The notes beneath the pieces were generated by a model that did no database searches, was not told the origin of the DNA, and worked only from the letters and a program-made list of their open reading frames with translations. Made by a program: the position numbers and the translations under genes. A stretch of 64,000 bases of DNA from Pirellulales bacterium. GTDB taxonomy: Bacteria > Planctomycetota > Planctomycetia > Pirellulales > JAICIG01. Below, piece after piece: positions 29,090-38,828 of this stretch (position 1 is the stretch's first letter; the number at the start of each line of letters is the position of its first letter). The DNA lies in assembly GCA_040901675.1 (NCBI GenBank), contig JBBDYJ010000038.1, forward strand, positions 128,001 through 192,000. Direction: 5' to 3'.

Positions 29090-29278
29090 ATGGCAAAAGT
29101 AAGTCCCTGGCATTCGATCGAGCCGTCGGACCCGCAGGTCTATCACGACGACACGAGTTGCAAGACGGGCAGCGCGATCCAGACGATCAATCGTCGCGGC
29201 GGCACCGGCAACAAGCCTCGCTGCCAGCAGTGCGCCGGCATCGTGAGCAAGCCGCCTGAGAAGACCTCCCCGTATTGA
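29090..29278 (+). CDS. Small putative metal-binding protein (62 aa)
   Basis: GGAGGA SD; WHS...YHDDTSC...GTGNKPRCQQC. Confidence 0.7.
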   Translation: MAKVSPWHSIEPSDPQVYHDDTSCKTGSAIQTINRRGGTGNKPRCQQCAGIVSKPPEKTSPY

Positions 29279-29340
29279 GCTGGAATTAGCCACCGTCGAA
29301 TGCGGATCAGTGCGAACCGGGCAACCGGGCACACGGTGCC

Positions 29341-31647
29341 TCATCGCTCGGCGTCACCGGGGGCCTGGGCCTGATATTGCTCGAGACGCTGGCGGATGGT
29401 GCGAAGCAACGCCGGGTCGGCCGGCTGGCTCTTCTCGGCGACAACAAGGGCTTTTTGGGCGGTGGCGGCGGCCTTGTCGAAATCGCCCGCGTCGGCATAC
29501 GAGTTGGCCAGAATGCTGAGAGCGTCCAGGCTCCCGTAACGCGTCAGTTCGGCGGCCCGCAGAGCGTGAGGCAGCGCCTCCTCGGGTCGCCCTTCGTGGT
29601 TGAGGGCCATCGCCAGACGCTGCAAAGCCTCAACGTTGTTCGGGTCGATCACCAGCGCCTCCCGAAACCGCTCGGCCGCCTCCGGCATGCGATTCAGCGC
29701 ACCCAACGCCAGACCCATGTTGACGTTGATCTTGGCGCTAAAGGGCTCGACCTCGTCGGCCAGCCGGTAGGCCTCGATCGCTTCGGTGTGCCGGCCGTCG
29801 AGATAAGCCAGCCAGCCGAGCATCGAGTGGCCATAGGCATCGTCCGGATCGTGAGCGGCCACCGCCTGCAATGATGCGATTGCCTCAGCTTTTTTGCCCA
29901 GCGTGGCATACAGAGTGCCCAGCCGGCCGCGGGCCGCCGCCATGTCGGGCTTGGCGCGCAAGACCGCTTCCAGTTTTTCTTTCGCCTCCGGAAAACTGGG
30001 CGGGCCCGCGGCCATCAGCCGCACGGCCGCCGTCATGTCGGCGTCGAGCTTCACCTGGATGGCCACGGTCTCGTTGAGCTTGTCGCGCGTGACCGCGTCG
30101 TCCTGGTGCCGCAAGGACTCGCGGTAGGCGGCGATGGCGGCCAGGAAGCGGTATTCGCCCAGCAAGCGTTCGGCCTCGGCCAGCCAATGGGCAGCCACGG
30201 CCGCTTCCAGGCGACCCGCCTCGGCGCGGCTTGGGTCATTGTCCTGCGTGCGATGCCAGGCCAACAGCACTTCCTGGCGTGCCGTGGGATGGACCGCGAT
30301 CTTGTGGTCATGCCGCGAGATCAAGGGAACGTAGTCTTCTTCCTTGGTGTTGAACCAGATATTGTTCGCGGCCCGCTGGGGCATGTGACAATCGATGCAC
30401 TGATCGCGGACCGCTTCGGGCAGGTTTGGGCGGTCGCCACAATGGTCCGGCTGGTGGCATACGAGGCACGACTTGAGAATCGAGCCGGAGTTGCTCGGTC
30501 CCTCGGGCTGGTGGGGATCGTGGCAGGTGGTGCAGGTGAGCGTCTCGCTAGCCTGAAAGCACTTACTCTCGCGGAGGTATTCCACCTGGTTGGCCGTATG
30601 ATCGTGCTCGGGGCGCTTGGCGACGTCCGACCGGAAGTAGTCGTCGAGCGGCTCCCCCGGCCGGTAGGTGAAAGGGGTGGCGCGGTGCTTGTTGGCATTG
30701 CTGTGGCACTGCGAGCAGATGTCGAGTTGGCGATCGCGCGATAGATTGGGCGGATAAACAATGGCCTCGCCCTTTTCGGCCTTGGGATCAGCTTCGTGAA
30801 AGGCGACGTGCTCGCGGCCGGGACCGTGGCAGCGTTCGCAGGTGACGCCCAGGATGAAGTTGTGCCGGTCGTACTTGTTGGGTGTGCCGGGAACGTGCCC
30901 GAACCAGGTGGTGTGGCACTCCAGGCAGCGCGGGAGCGTGGGCCGCGAAAAGTCGGCCGCGCCATCGATGTAGCCCGGCGCGCTGATCCAGCTTTCCAGC
31001 GGGTACATCCAGGCGATCGGCAACTGGTGGAGTTGATCGCCGTGCCAATAGTGATAGATCTCGTCGCCCGCGCCGCCGCCGTACACCAGGGCAATCTCTT
31101 GCGACATCCGCTCTTCGCCGTCTGGAGTATCGCGGATAGCGGTCTGAGTGAACTTGCCGCCCTGGCTCGTCATTTCGAACCGCAGGGCCGGATTGCGGGT
31201 AGTGAGCGTGCCCTGTCCAGCCTTGAACCCGGCAGGCATGTCGCCCGCTTGCGGCAGCCGGCTGGTGCGGAAGTGCCGCGTGGTTTCGAACTCCGCCACC
31301 CGCTCGGCATGGCAGGCGGCGCAGGCCTGGCTGCCAAGATAGTCGGTCTGGGCGACTGGCTTCTCCAGGGCACTCGGCCCGGCAGCTTCGCCAGTCGGCT
31401 GGCTGTTGTCGCGGCTCGGCCGGCCGTTGTCCTTGCGCGGCAGGCTCTTCTCTGCATCCTGGGAGCTGTTATCGCCGCTCGGACGGGCAGCCACGGCCGG
31501 TTCCGATTGGCCCCACCACCACCAGGCCGCCGCCGCCGTCACGCAGACGCCCAGCCCAACGGCGATGCAAATCACGGCTACCGGCAGAGGCGAGCGAATC
31601 GCCGACGGCCCGAGATCATTTGGCCGCTGCGAAGTCGGGTTTTCCAT
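29341..31647 (-). CDS. Membrane-anchored multiheme c-type cytochrome with TPR repeats
   Basis: N-terminal TM; seven CxxCH motifs (CAACH, CLECH, CERCH, CSQCH, CTTCH, CLVCH, CIDCH); C-terminal TPRs. Confidence 0.88.
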   Translation of the reverse strand: MENPTSQRPNDLGPSAIRSPLPVAVICIAVGLGVCVTAAAAWWWWGQSEPAVAARPSGDNSSQDAEKSLPRKDNGRPSRDNSQPTGEAAGPSALEKPVAQTDYLGSQACAACHAERVAEFETTRHFRTSRLPQAGDMPAGFKAGQGTLTTRNPALRFEMTSQGGKFTQTAIRDTPDGEERMSQEIALVYGGGAGDEIYHYWHGDQLHQLPIAWMYPLESWISAPGYIDGAADFSRPTLPRCLECHTTWFGHVPGTPNKYDRHNFILGVTCERCHGPGREHVAFHEADPKAEKGEAIVYPPNLSRDRQLDICSQCHSNANKHRATPFTYRPGEPLDDYFRSDVAKRPEHDHTANQVEYLRESKCFQASETLTCTTCHDPHQPEGPSNSGSILKSCLVCHQPDHCGDRPNLPEAVRDQCIDCHMPQRAANNIWFNTKEEDYVPLISRHDHKIAVHPTARQEVLLAWHRTQDNDPSRAEAGRLEAAVAAHWLAEAERLLGEYRFLAAIAAYRESLRHQDDAVTRDKLNETVAIQVKLDADMTAAVRLMAAGPPSFPEAKEKLEAVLRAKPDMAAARGRLGTLYATLGKKAEAIASLQAVAAHDPDDAYGHSMLGWLAYLDGRHTEAIEAYRLADEVEPFSAKINVNMGLALGALNRMPEAAERFREALVIDPNNVEALQRLAMALNHEGRPEEALPHALRAAELTRYGSLDALSILANSYADAGDFDKAAATAQKALVVAEKSQPADPALLRTIRQRLEQYQAQAPGDAER

Positions 31648-31773
31648 GCTTAAGCCGATAACACGCCAAGAGCGCCCCGAATACTCGTTTATAGCCCAAG
31701 AGGCGCGCGGCTGCCAGCGGCGTGCAGCCGGAGGGGTGAGCTGGGCAATGCCGAAATGGCTTTCGACTGGGAA

Positions 31774-31808
31774 CTGGGGCACGCTTATCGCTTTGCCCCA
31801 GGCACCCG
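31774..31808 (+). repeat. 34-bp palindromic dispersed repeat (copy 3)
   Basis: CTGGGGCACGCTTATCGCTTTGCCCCAGGCACCCG. Confidence 0.75.
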
Positions 31809-31841
31809 GCGGTACGCCCCGTGCAAGAAAGACGGCCCCGA

Positions 31842-33251
31842 TCACACCAGCTCCGCGATCACCCGGCCGGTGCTGATGGCCAGCGGGCGGTTCAACTGAT
31901 CGTGGATCTCGAGGCCGGCGTCGAGCCCCAGGCAGTGGTACATGGTGGCGTGAACGTCGACCGGATCGACGGGGTGCGAGCGCGGGAAGGCGGCGATCTT
32001 GTCGGACGAGCCCAGCACGCGGCCGCCGCGAATGCCGGCCCCCGCCATGAGCACGGAGGAACAGTGGCCCCAGTGGTCGCGGCCTGCGGCGGCATTGATT
32101 CGCGGCGTGCGGCCAAACTCGCCCATCATCAGCACGCATGTCTCGTCCAGCAGGCCGCGGCCTTCGAGATCTTCGAGCAAGGCCGACACGCCCTGATCGA
32201 CCAGGGGCAGCAGCTCGTCCCTGAGCCCCTCGAAGTTCTTGGCGTGCGTGTCCCAGCCGTCGCAGCGGGTCATGTGGTTGAAGTGGACGGCGATCATCGG
32301 CACGCCGGCCTCCGCTAGCCGCCGGGCCAAGAGCAGGCTTTGGCCGAAGCGGTGCTGACCGTACCGCTCGCGCAGGGCGGCCGGCTCGCGGTCGAGCGAG
32401 TAGAGCTTGTCGCCGCCGGCCGAGCCGGTCATGTGCACCGCCATCTGGCGCAGCTCGCCGTAGTTCTGGCCGGCCACGGCGGGGAAGCGGCTCTCGATGG
32501 CCGCCAGCAGTTGCTGCCGCCGCTCGAAACGCTGCCGCGTAACATCCTCGCGGAGCACCAGGTCGGGAACCGCGCCGGGCGCGCGCGGATCGCCGTTGAT
32601 GATCAAGGGGTCGCAGTAGGGGCCGAGGAAGCCAGACCTGCCACCCCGCAACGGCACGGCGGGGCGGATGTTGTCGTCGTTGGAGCGCACGGCCAGCTCT
32701 GGCAGGGCCACGAAGCCGGGCAAGGTCGGCGGAGCGGGTTTGAGATGGGCCAGCACCGAGCCGAGGTGCGGCGCATCGGTCCGCACCGGCGGGCTGATGT
32801 CGTTGTCCACCTCCGGGGTCTGCACGTGCCGCCCGGTGAGCGTGTAGTAGATCATCGGCGTGTGATTGTTGTTCGGATGGGTGACCGAACGGACAATCGC
32901 GTACTTGTCGGCCATGGCGGCCAACCGCGGCAAGTGCTCGCAAACCTGGAAGCCGGGGATGCTGGTCGAGATGGGCTGAAACGGCCCGCGGATTTCGGCC
33001 GGCGCCTCGGGCTTGAGATCGAACATATCCTGGTGCGGCGGCCCACCGAGCAGGTAGACCAGGATGCACGACTTGCCGCGCTTACGTCCAGCGGGCTGAG
33101 CCGGGTTGGCGCGGGCGCCACGCGGAGCAAACAGGCCGGTCAGCGGCGCCGCCGTCGCCAGGAGGCCGCCCAGCCGCAACACGTCGCGGCGAGAAACGCC
33201 GGCCGGCGGCAATCCGAAGCCGCTCGGGTCGCGACGCTTGAAATCGTGCAT
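31842..33251 (-). CDS. DUF1501 domain protein (Tat-like signal)
   Basis: SRRDVL, GGPPHQDMFDLKP, GWDTH, GEFGRTP and GRDHW. Confidence 0.93.
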   Translation of the reverse strand: MHDFKRRDPSGFGLPPAGVSRRDVLRLGGLLATAAPLTGLFAPRGARANPAQPAGRKRGKSCILVYLLGGPPHQDMFDLKPEAPAEIRGPFQPISTSIPGFQVCEHLPRLAAMADKYAIVRSVTHPNNNHTPMIYYTLTGRHVQTPEVDNDISPPVRTDAPHLGSVLAHLKPAPPTLPGFVALPELAVRSNDDNIRPAVPLRGGRSGFLGPYCDPLIINGDPRAPGAVPDLVLREDVTRQRFERRQQLLAAIESRFPAVAGQNYGELRQMAVHMTGSAGGDKLYSLDREPAALRERYGQHRFGQSLLLARRLAEAGVPMIAVHFNHMTRCDGWDTHAKNFEGLRDELLPLVDQGVSALLEDLEGRGLLDETCVLMMGEFGRTPRINAAAGRDHWGHCSSVLMAGAGIRGGRVLGSSDKIAAFPRSHPVDPVDVHATMYHCLGLDAGLEIHDQLNRPLAISTGRVIAELV

Positions 33252-33343
33252 GGCCGCTTGCTCCGGGCAGTTGACTAGCCCGCCGTCAGGTCGGCCTTAT
33301 TCTGGCAGGGTCGGCCGAAACGATCAAGCAGAGCCGTCTCACG

Positions 33344-33407
33344 TCCCGGACTTCGGACTTCGGCGAGCTCAGTCGAGTCGCGAGCTCAGTCGAGCCGCGC
33401 GCCGGGA
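33344..33407. mobile_element. Two nested 24-bp mini elements inside a 16-bp palindrome
   Basis: TCCCG[GACTTCG[GACTTCGGCGAGCTCAGTCGAGTC]GCGAGCTCAGTCGAGCC]GCGCGCCGGGA. Confidence 0.8.
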
Positions 33408-33418
33408 TGAGGGCTACT

Positions 33419-34627
33419 TCACTCGAGGTCGACCGAGTCGAGCAGGAAGGAGCTACCTGCGGCCTTGCCGATCTGGGCGCTGCCGCCGGTGGATGGTGCC
33501 GACAAGGCGGCCCCGGGCGGCACTGTGGGCTGAGCCGTTCGCATGGCGCGCTGGTCGGCGATGGCGCGGGCCGCGTGCCGCAGCTCGGCCGGGCTCAACC
33601 GGCGCAGATTCGCCAGCTCGCCCAGCGGCTTCAGCGAATCGATCAGCCGCTGAAACGTCGGCTCGAGCAGCACAATCTCCGCCATCCAGCGCCGCATCGC
33701 GTCGAACGACTGCGAGGCCGCCACGAATTGCCGCTGCACGTCGGCGGACGTCTCCAGCGCTTCGATCGCTTCCACCAGGTCGCCCGTCTGGCCGATCACC
33801 TGGTCCTTGAGGCTCAAGAGACCGTCGAGCCGTGCCTGGGCCGATCCCACGTCCGAGGACTGGTCCTGGAGCCGGCTGCGCATCGTAACCAGCTCGTCCA
33901 ATGCCTCGCTAGCCTTTTGCCGGCTTGGCACATCGCTGCCGCAAAGGATGCCCTCTTCGAGCGCCAACAGATCGTCGCTCGCCCGGCGAGCTTCTTCGGT
34001 CTGTCCGGCCCTGGCGGCCAGCCGTTCGGCCAGCAGCGACCACTCGGCGACCACCTCGCCGGCCGCCTCCAGTTGCCCGCTTTGCGACAAGGCCCGATCC
34101 TTTAACTCGACCAGCGACTCGAGCGACTGCCGCGCATCCTGCACGTCCGAGGCTTGGGCCTGCGCGTGCTGGCTCAAGTGAATCATCGAGTCGATCGTTT
34201 CCCGCGCGGCCAGGATGCCGTTGTATTGCCGGGTGATGCGGCACTGGATCTCATCGAGCTGATCCAGGGCATCGGCCATGACCGGCTGCTCGCCCACCAA
34301 TTGATCCTGCAGGGCCTGGATCCGTGCGAGAGCCTCGGAGGCCGCTTCGGCCTCTTGACCCTGGCGTGCGAGAACGGCCAACAGCTCGGTCGATTTTGCG
34401 GCCTGTCCGGTCTGTCCGGCAAGTTGACTGATGCCGCGTGAGAGACCGGCCACTTGCCGGTCGAGCCGGGCCAGGTCGCTGGAGAGGGGTCGGGTGACGC
34501 CCCAATAAACGACGATGATTCCGCCGATGAACCCCGCGGCAAAAATGGCCCAGGGCGGGATGCGCGCCGGCAGTGATTCGCCTGGATTGGTGCGGGCGGC
34601 CAGACCGGTTGTGTCGGTTGTGCTCAC
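33419..34627 (-). CDS. Membrane-anchored long coiled-coil hypothetical protein
   Basis: AGGAGG SD before the GTG at 34627; a single TM followed by A/E/L/Q-rich heptads. Confidence 0.75.
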   Translation of the reverse strand: MSTTDTTGLAARTNPGESLPARIPPWAIFAAGFIGGIIVVYWGVTRPLSSDLARLDRQVAGLSRGISQLAGQTGQAAKSTELLAVLARQGQEAEAASEALARIQALQDQLVGEQPVMADALDQLDEIQCRITRQYNGILAARETIDSMIHLSQHAQAQASDVQDARQSLESLVELKDRALSQSGQLEAAGEVVAEWSLLAERLAARAGQTEEARRASDDLLALEEGILCGSDVPSRQKASEALDELVTMRSRLQDQSSDVGSAQARLDGLLSLKDQVIGQTGDLVEAIEALETSADVQRQFVAASQSFDAMRRWMAEIVLLEPTFQRLIDSLKPLGELANLRRLSPAELRHAARAIADQRAMRTAQPTVPPGAALSAPSTGGSAQIGKAAGSSFLLDSVDLE

Positions 34628-34908
34628 GTGGTTCTCCTCCTGAGTGGCTGGAGCGATTTGCTGTTCCGCGGCAGGCTGCGGCGAAGCCCACATGTCCCGT
34701 TGTGGTATCGGAAAAGTCGCCGCCGTTTATCGAATCTTTGTGGAGCGCCGGATTTGAAGGCAGAAGGAGGGGAGAAGGGAGGAGGAAGGAGGAAGGCAGG
34801 CCTTGGTGCTTGCTCGTTGGGCCCCGAGCCCCTTATTCCGTGGAGAGCGGGTTGGTTTTACGTGGGAGCGAGGAAAGGTGCGAGAGCCATAACGTTCGGC
34901 CGAGCATC

Positions 34909-35280
34909 CTATGGTCCAGGGCGAGGTGGCAGCTTCCGTATGCGGTGTCGCCCTGGTTCGGCGACAACAAACGAGCTTTGCAACTCCTGCTCACTGTACA
35001 ACGTCAAGACCCGCCCAAGCTCGGCATGCACGGCATTCTGGGTCGAGGGCAAGATGCGGAGATAGATGACTCCTGGACCGATACCTTGGACGAAGACGAG
35101 TGCCCCGAAATCACGGTCGCGAGTCACAAAGAGGCGCGCCTGTTCATGAGCCACACGAAGCAACTCGGCATCTTCCGCCTGTGCCAGACCCAGTTGAGCG
35201 GCAGGCACAACGTCATGTCCTATGCTGCCGAGAAATGCGATAGTGCCGGCGTAGACATCTTGGTCAGCTAGAAACTTCAT
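34909..35280 (-). CDS. DUF5615 PIN-like toxin (VapC45-like)
   Basis: MKFLADQDV, EDAELL and VTRDRDFG. Confidence 0.88.
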   Translation of the reverse strand: MKFLADQDVYAGTIAFLGSIGHDVVPAAQLGLAQAEDAELLRVAHEQARLFVTRDRDFGALVFVQGIGPGVIYLRILPSTQNAVHAELGRVLTLYSEQELQSSFVVAEPGRHRIRKLPPRPGP

Positions 35281-35507
35281 GGCGTCGTCGCGAGCCGGAT
35301 GTCTTCAGCAGCTACTACGTCAATGGCGTATTGGATGCAGGCGCGAATGTCCTCCGGCTCCAGGTCGGGGTAGTAATCCCGAATGATCTCGGCAAAGGAG
35401 AGGCCTTCGCGGACCAACTCCAGGACGCTCTGCACGGGAATTCGTGTCCCGGCCACGCACGGCTTCCCGAAGTGAATTCGTGGGTTCACGGCAATTCGCT
35501 CTTTCAT
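35277..35507 (-). CDS. DUF433 antitoxin
   Basis: GKPCVAGTRIPV and YPDLEPEDIRACIQYA; ATGA overlap with the toxin gene. Confidence 0.9.
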   Translation of the reverse strand: MKERIAVNPRIHFGKPCVAGTRIPVQSVLELVREGLSFAEIIRDYYPDLEPEDIRACIQYAIDVVAAEDIRLATTP

Positions 35508-35731
35508 GGTTCCTCCTTCCTACCGCAATCTTACGAACACCAAGCCTTACCAAGCATACGCGGAAGTGCCCACCGAAGGCGAGTGAGTTTCGTCAAGCTG
35601 GACATCACGGCACGCATGTCGCGGGGCAGCCCCTGGCGCGACACGCCGATCCTGCAGGCCAGGGGCGGCGAGGACCGGATAATCCGGATCACTACGAACT
35701 ACGGACCGCATGAATGCGGATCACACCGAAC

Positions 35732-36688
35732 CTAGTCGAGCGTGGCGAAGGCGCGGCGCATGGCGGTGGCGGTGGCGGCCACGGCTTCTTCAGTGGCCAG
35801 AGCGCGCAGCTCGGCGTTGAACGGCTCGGCGCGCACGGGACCGTCGTAGCCGATCTTCACCAGCGCACGCAGGAATGTGGCCACGTCGATGACGCCCGTG
35901 GCGACCGGCAACTCCCGCCTCGAATCGATCTGCTGGTCGATCGGTATGCCGGCCGGCGCGTCGTTCAGGTCGCAGGCCACTACGTCCTGCTTGGTCAACG
36001 TCAACAGGTCGGCTTCGCCTTCGCCGGCCGTGTACCAGTGCCAACTGTCGAGCACGAAGCCGACGTTGTCCATCTCGATCGCGGCGATCAGTTCCTTGGC
36101 TTCGGCCATGCAGTGGACAAAGGGATGCCGCGAGGCGGACCAGGATGTCTTGGGGCCGACATACTCCAGGCCGAACCGCTGGCCATGGTCGGCCAGCACC
36201 TTGGCGATGTCACGCAGCCGCCGGGCGTGCTGCTTGAAATTGGCCAGGTATGTCAACTCGCCGTGCGAAGGCCTCAGCCAGGTGCCGACGCGCGTCACAC
36301 CGGCCCGCTCCAGGGCCGCTGACGCATGCGGCAAAGCCTCGAGCCCCGCACGGAACGTGGCCTCGTCGACTCGGAAATCGACCGGCAGCCCGGCCGCTCC
36401 AAACACGAGCCCCTTTTGCTTCATCTCGGCCGCCAGGTCGGCCAGTTGGCTGTCGTCCCGCGTGGCGAGAAAGCCCGCGTCGGGACCAACCGACTCGAAC
36501 CCGTGCCGGTGCGCCAGGTCGATCGCTTCGACCTGGTTGGCCTTGACGCCGATCGCCCCGCAGGCCAGGTCGATCGTCATCTTGCGAGCCGAGGGGCCCT
36601 CGGCGGCCGGCGCCCGCCGGCTGATCGGGCAAGCACTCGCGGCGGCGGCTGCCAATGCCCCGTGCAAAAGTTGTCGGCGACTGATCAT
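35732..36688 (-). CDS. Sugar phosphate isomerase/epimerase (TIM barrel) with Tat signal
   Basis: SRRQLL, GLEYVGP, LDSWHW, DLNDA and GYDGPVRAEPF. Confidence 0.85.
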   Translation of the reverse strand: MISRRQLLHGALAAAAASACPISRRAPAAEGPSARKMTIDLACGAIGVKANQVEAIDLAHRHGFESVGPDAGFLATRDDSQLADLAAEMKQKGLVFGAAGLPVDFRVDEATFRAGLEALPHASAALERAGVTRVGTWLRPSHGELTYLANFKQHARRLRDIAKVLADHGQRFGLEYVGPKTSWSASRHPFVHCMAEAKELIAAIEMDNVGFVLDSWHWYTAGEGEADLLTLTKQDVVACDLNDAPAGIPIDQQIDSRRELPVATGVIDVATFLRALVKIGYDGPVRAEPFNAELRALATEEAVAATATAMRRAFATLD

Positions 36689-36805
36689 GGGCAGGCCTAG
36701 ACGAGGGAGAAACAGCAATCTTTTCGGCTTTCTTTGGTCAAGCGACAGTTAGTGTGCGCAGGCCGGCCTGCAAAGTCCAGCAAGAGAATCTGCCTGAAAG
36801 CGGCC

Positions 36806-36851
36806 TTGACGAGCCGGCAAAAGCGGCCTAGGATATTTTGAGTAGTCAAAA
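36806..36851 (+). promoter_or_regulatory. Promoter plus candidate DtxR/MntR-type operator
   Basis: TTGACG-17bp-TAGGAT, followed by the inverted repeat TTTTGA-GTAG-TCAAAA (36836-36851). Confidence 0.6.
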
Positions 36852-36913
36852 AGAATTTTTGAAGTGTGTGAAACATCTTGTCGAAGATTTTCATAGACGC
36901 GCATCACGCGCCA

Positions 36914-36935
36914 GAATTCTGGCGAATTCTGCTAC
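36914..36935 (-). repeat. GTAG-family REP copy
   Basis: GAATTCTGGCGAATTCTGCTAC. Confidence 0.75.
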
Positions 36936-36969
36936 CGAAGGGTTCCCGTAACCGAGGCCATCGCCTTTT

Positions 36970-37929
36970 ATGAAGAAGCTTGTTCCGTGTGTGGCCGCCG
37001 TGGCGTTGTTGGCTCTGGCCGGATGCAGCCCGGTGGCCGACGGGTCGAACCCGGCCGGATCGACGAAGGCGGAAAGACGAGCGTTTTCCGGCGCTTACCC
37101 GATCAAGGTCGTGGCCACAACGGGGATGGTGGCCGACCTGGTCCGGCACGTGGGAGGCGAGCACGTCGACGTCGTGCAATTGATGGGCGAAGGAGTCGAT
37201 CCGCATCTTTACCAGGCGACGACCGAGGACATCAGCCAGTTGAACAGGGCTGATATGATCTTCTATTCGGGCTTGCACCTGGAAGGGAAGATGGGCGACC
37301 TGTTCGTGCGGCTGGCCAGGAAGAAACCAACCACTTATGCCGTGACCGAAGGGATCGACGAGCAGCGACTGCTGGAGGTGAGCGGCGGGCTCTACGATCC
37401 GCACGTCTGGTTCGACGTGGCCCTGTGGAGCGAAACGCTGGGCGTTGTCGAACAGGCCCTGGCCGAGTTCGACTCAAAGCACGCCGCCGAATACAAGAAA
37501 AACACCGAGGCGTACCGGGCCGAGCTCCTGGCCCTGGACGCGGAGGTGAAAACCGAGTTGGCCCGGATTCCCGACAATCGCCGCGTATTGGTGACGGCCC
37601 ACGACGCTTTCCACTACTTCGGCCGGGCTTATACAATCGAAGTCAAAGCCATCCAGGGCATCAGCACCGACGCCGAGGCAAGCGTCAAGCAGATCAACGA
37701 ACTGGTCGGGGAGATTGTCGATCGGGGCATCAAGGCCGTCTTCGTGGAAACCAGCGTCAGCGAGCGCAACATCCGGGCGCTGGTCGAAGGCTGCCAGGCT
37801 CAAGGCCACCGGGTGACCATCGGCGGCGAGCTGTACTCGGACGCCATGGGCAAACCCGGCACGCCGGAAGGCACTTACGTGGGCATGGTGCGAAAGAACG
37901 TGGCGACGATCGCCAAGGCCCTCGAGTGA
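36970..37929 (+). CDS. Mn/Zn ABC transporter substrate-binding lipoprotein (TroA/MntA family)
   Basis: Lipobox [22 protein letters not shown] and LYSDAMG. Confidence 0.93.
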   Translation: MKKLVPCVAAVALLALAGCSPVADGSNPAGSTKAERRAFSGAYPIKVVATTGMVADLVRHVGGEHVDVVQLMGEGVDPHLYQATTEDISQLNRADMIFYSGLHLEGKMGDLFVRLARKKPTTYAVTEGIDEQRLLEVSGGLYDPHVWFDVALWSETLGVVEQALAEFDSKHAAEYKKNTEAYRAELLALDAEVKTELARIPDNRRVLVTAHDAFHYFGRAYTIEVKAIQGISTDAEASVKQINELVGEIVDRGIKAVFVETSVSERNIRALVEGCQAQGHRVTIGGELYSDAMGKPGTPEGTYVGMVRKNVATIAKALE

Positions 37930-38828
37930 TGATTCGATCGCAACAGGAAGCCATGCGTGCCGGTGCAGTGCAGCCAGCCATGGCCTCCGTCGAAGCGCCC
38001 CGGCCGGGTCCGGCCGCAAACCCCCAGGCGGCCGGCCAGCCGGCGGCTGCCATCCGGCCCGCGGCCGAGCCGGTGCTGGACGTACACGACGTGACGGTGG
38101 CATACCACCGCAAGCCGGTGCTGTGGGACGTGGATCTGACCATCGAACAGCCGGCCCTGATCGGGATTATCGGCCCCAATGGCGCCGGCAAGAGCACACT
38201 GCTCAAAGCCATCCTGGGACTGGTGCCGCTGGCCAGCGGCCAGGTCCGCATCTTCGGCAAGCCGCCCAGCGAGCAACGGCGGCTGATCGGGTACGTGCCG
38301 CAACGTGAGAGCGTCGATTGGGACTTTCCGGTCAGCGTGCTCGACGTGGTGCTGATGGGCACGTACGGCAGCCTGGGGTGGTTTCGCCGGCCGGGCCGCC
38401 GCGAGCGCGAGTGGGCACTGGACTGCCTGCGCCAGGTGGGGCTGGCCGACCTGGCGCGCCGGCAGATCGGGCAACTTTCGGGCGGCCAGCAGCAGCGCAC
38501 CTTCCTGGCCCGTGCGCTGGCGCAGCAGGCCGAGATCTATTTCATGGATGAGCCGATGGCCGGCGTCGACGCGACGACCGAGCACGTGGTCTTCTCGCTG
38601 TTGGAGCAACTGCGCGAGCAGGGCAAGACGATGCTGGTCGTCCACCACGATTTGCGCAGCGTGCCGCGGTACTTCGAACAGCTCGCCATGCTCAACATGC
38701 GGCTGGTGGCTTACGGCCCTACCGAGCAGGTATTCACGCCTGAAAACCTGCGCAAGGCTTACGGCGGACGGCTGACGATCCTGGACGAGGCAGCCGAAGC
38801 CGTGGCGGCTCGAGAACGCAGTGTATGA
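37929..38828 (+). CDS. Mn/Zn ABC transporter ATP-binding protein
   Basis: [20 protein letters not shown] and VHHD. Confidence 0.93.
   Translation: MIRSQQEAMRAGAVQPAMASVEAPRPGPAANPQAAGQPAAAIRPAAEPVLDVHDVTVAYHRKPVLWDVDLTIEQPALIGIIGPNGAGKSTLLKAILGLVPLASGQVRIFGKPPSEQRRLIGYVPQRESVDWDFPVSVLDVVLMGTYGSLGWFRRPGRREREWALDCLRQVGLADLARRQIGQLSGGQQQRTFLARALAQQAEIYFMDEPMAGVDATTEHVVFSLLEQLREQGKTMLVVHHDLRSVPRYFEQLAMLNMRLVAYGPTEQVFTPENLRKAYGGRLTILDEAAEAVAARERSV

Noticed and set aside
31648..33069. N-terminal extension giving a 1242-aa cytochrome ORF
   Set aside because: Arg/Pro-rich alternative frame overlapping DUF1501; the real start is likely 31647.
34909..35507. DUF433/DUF5615 pair as a novel system
   Set aside because: Well-known type II TA family; listed as features only.
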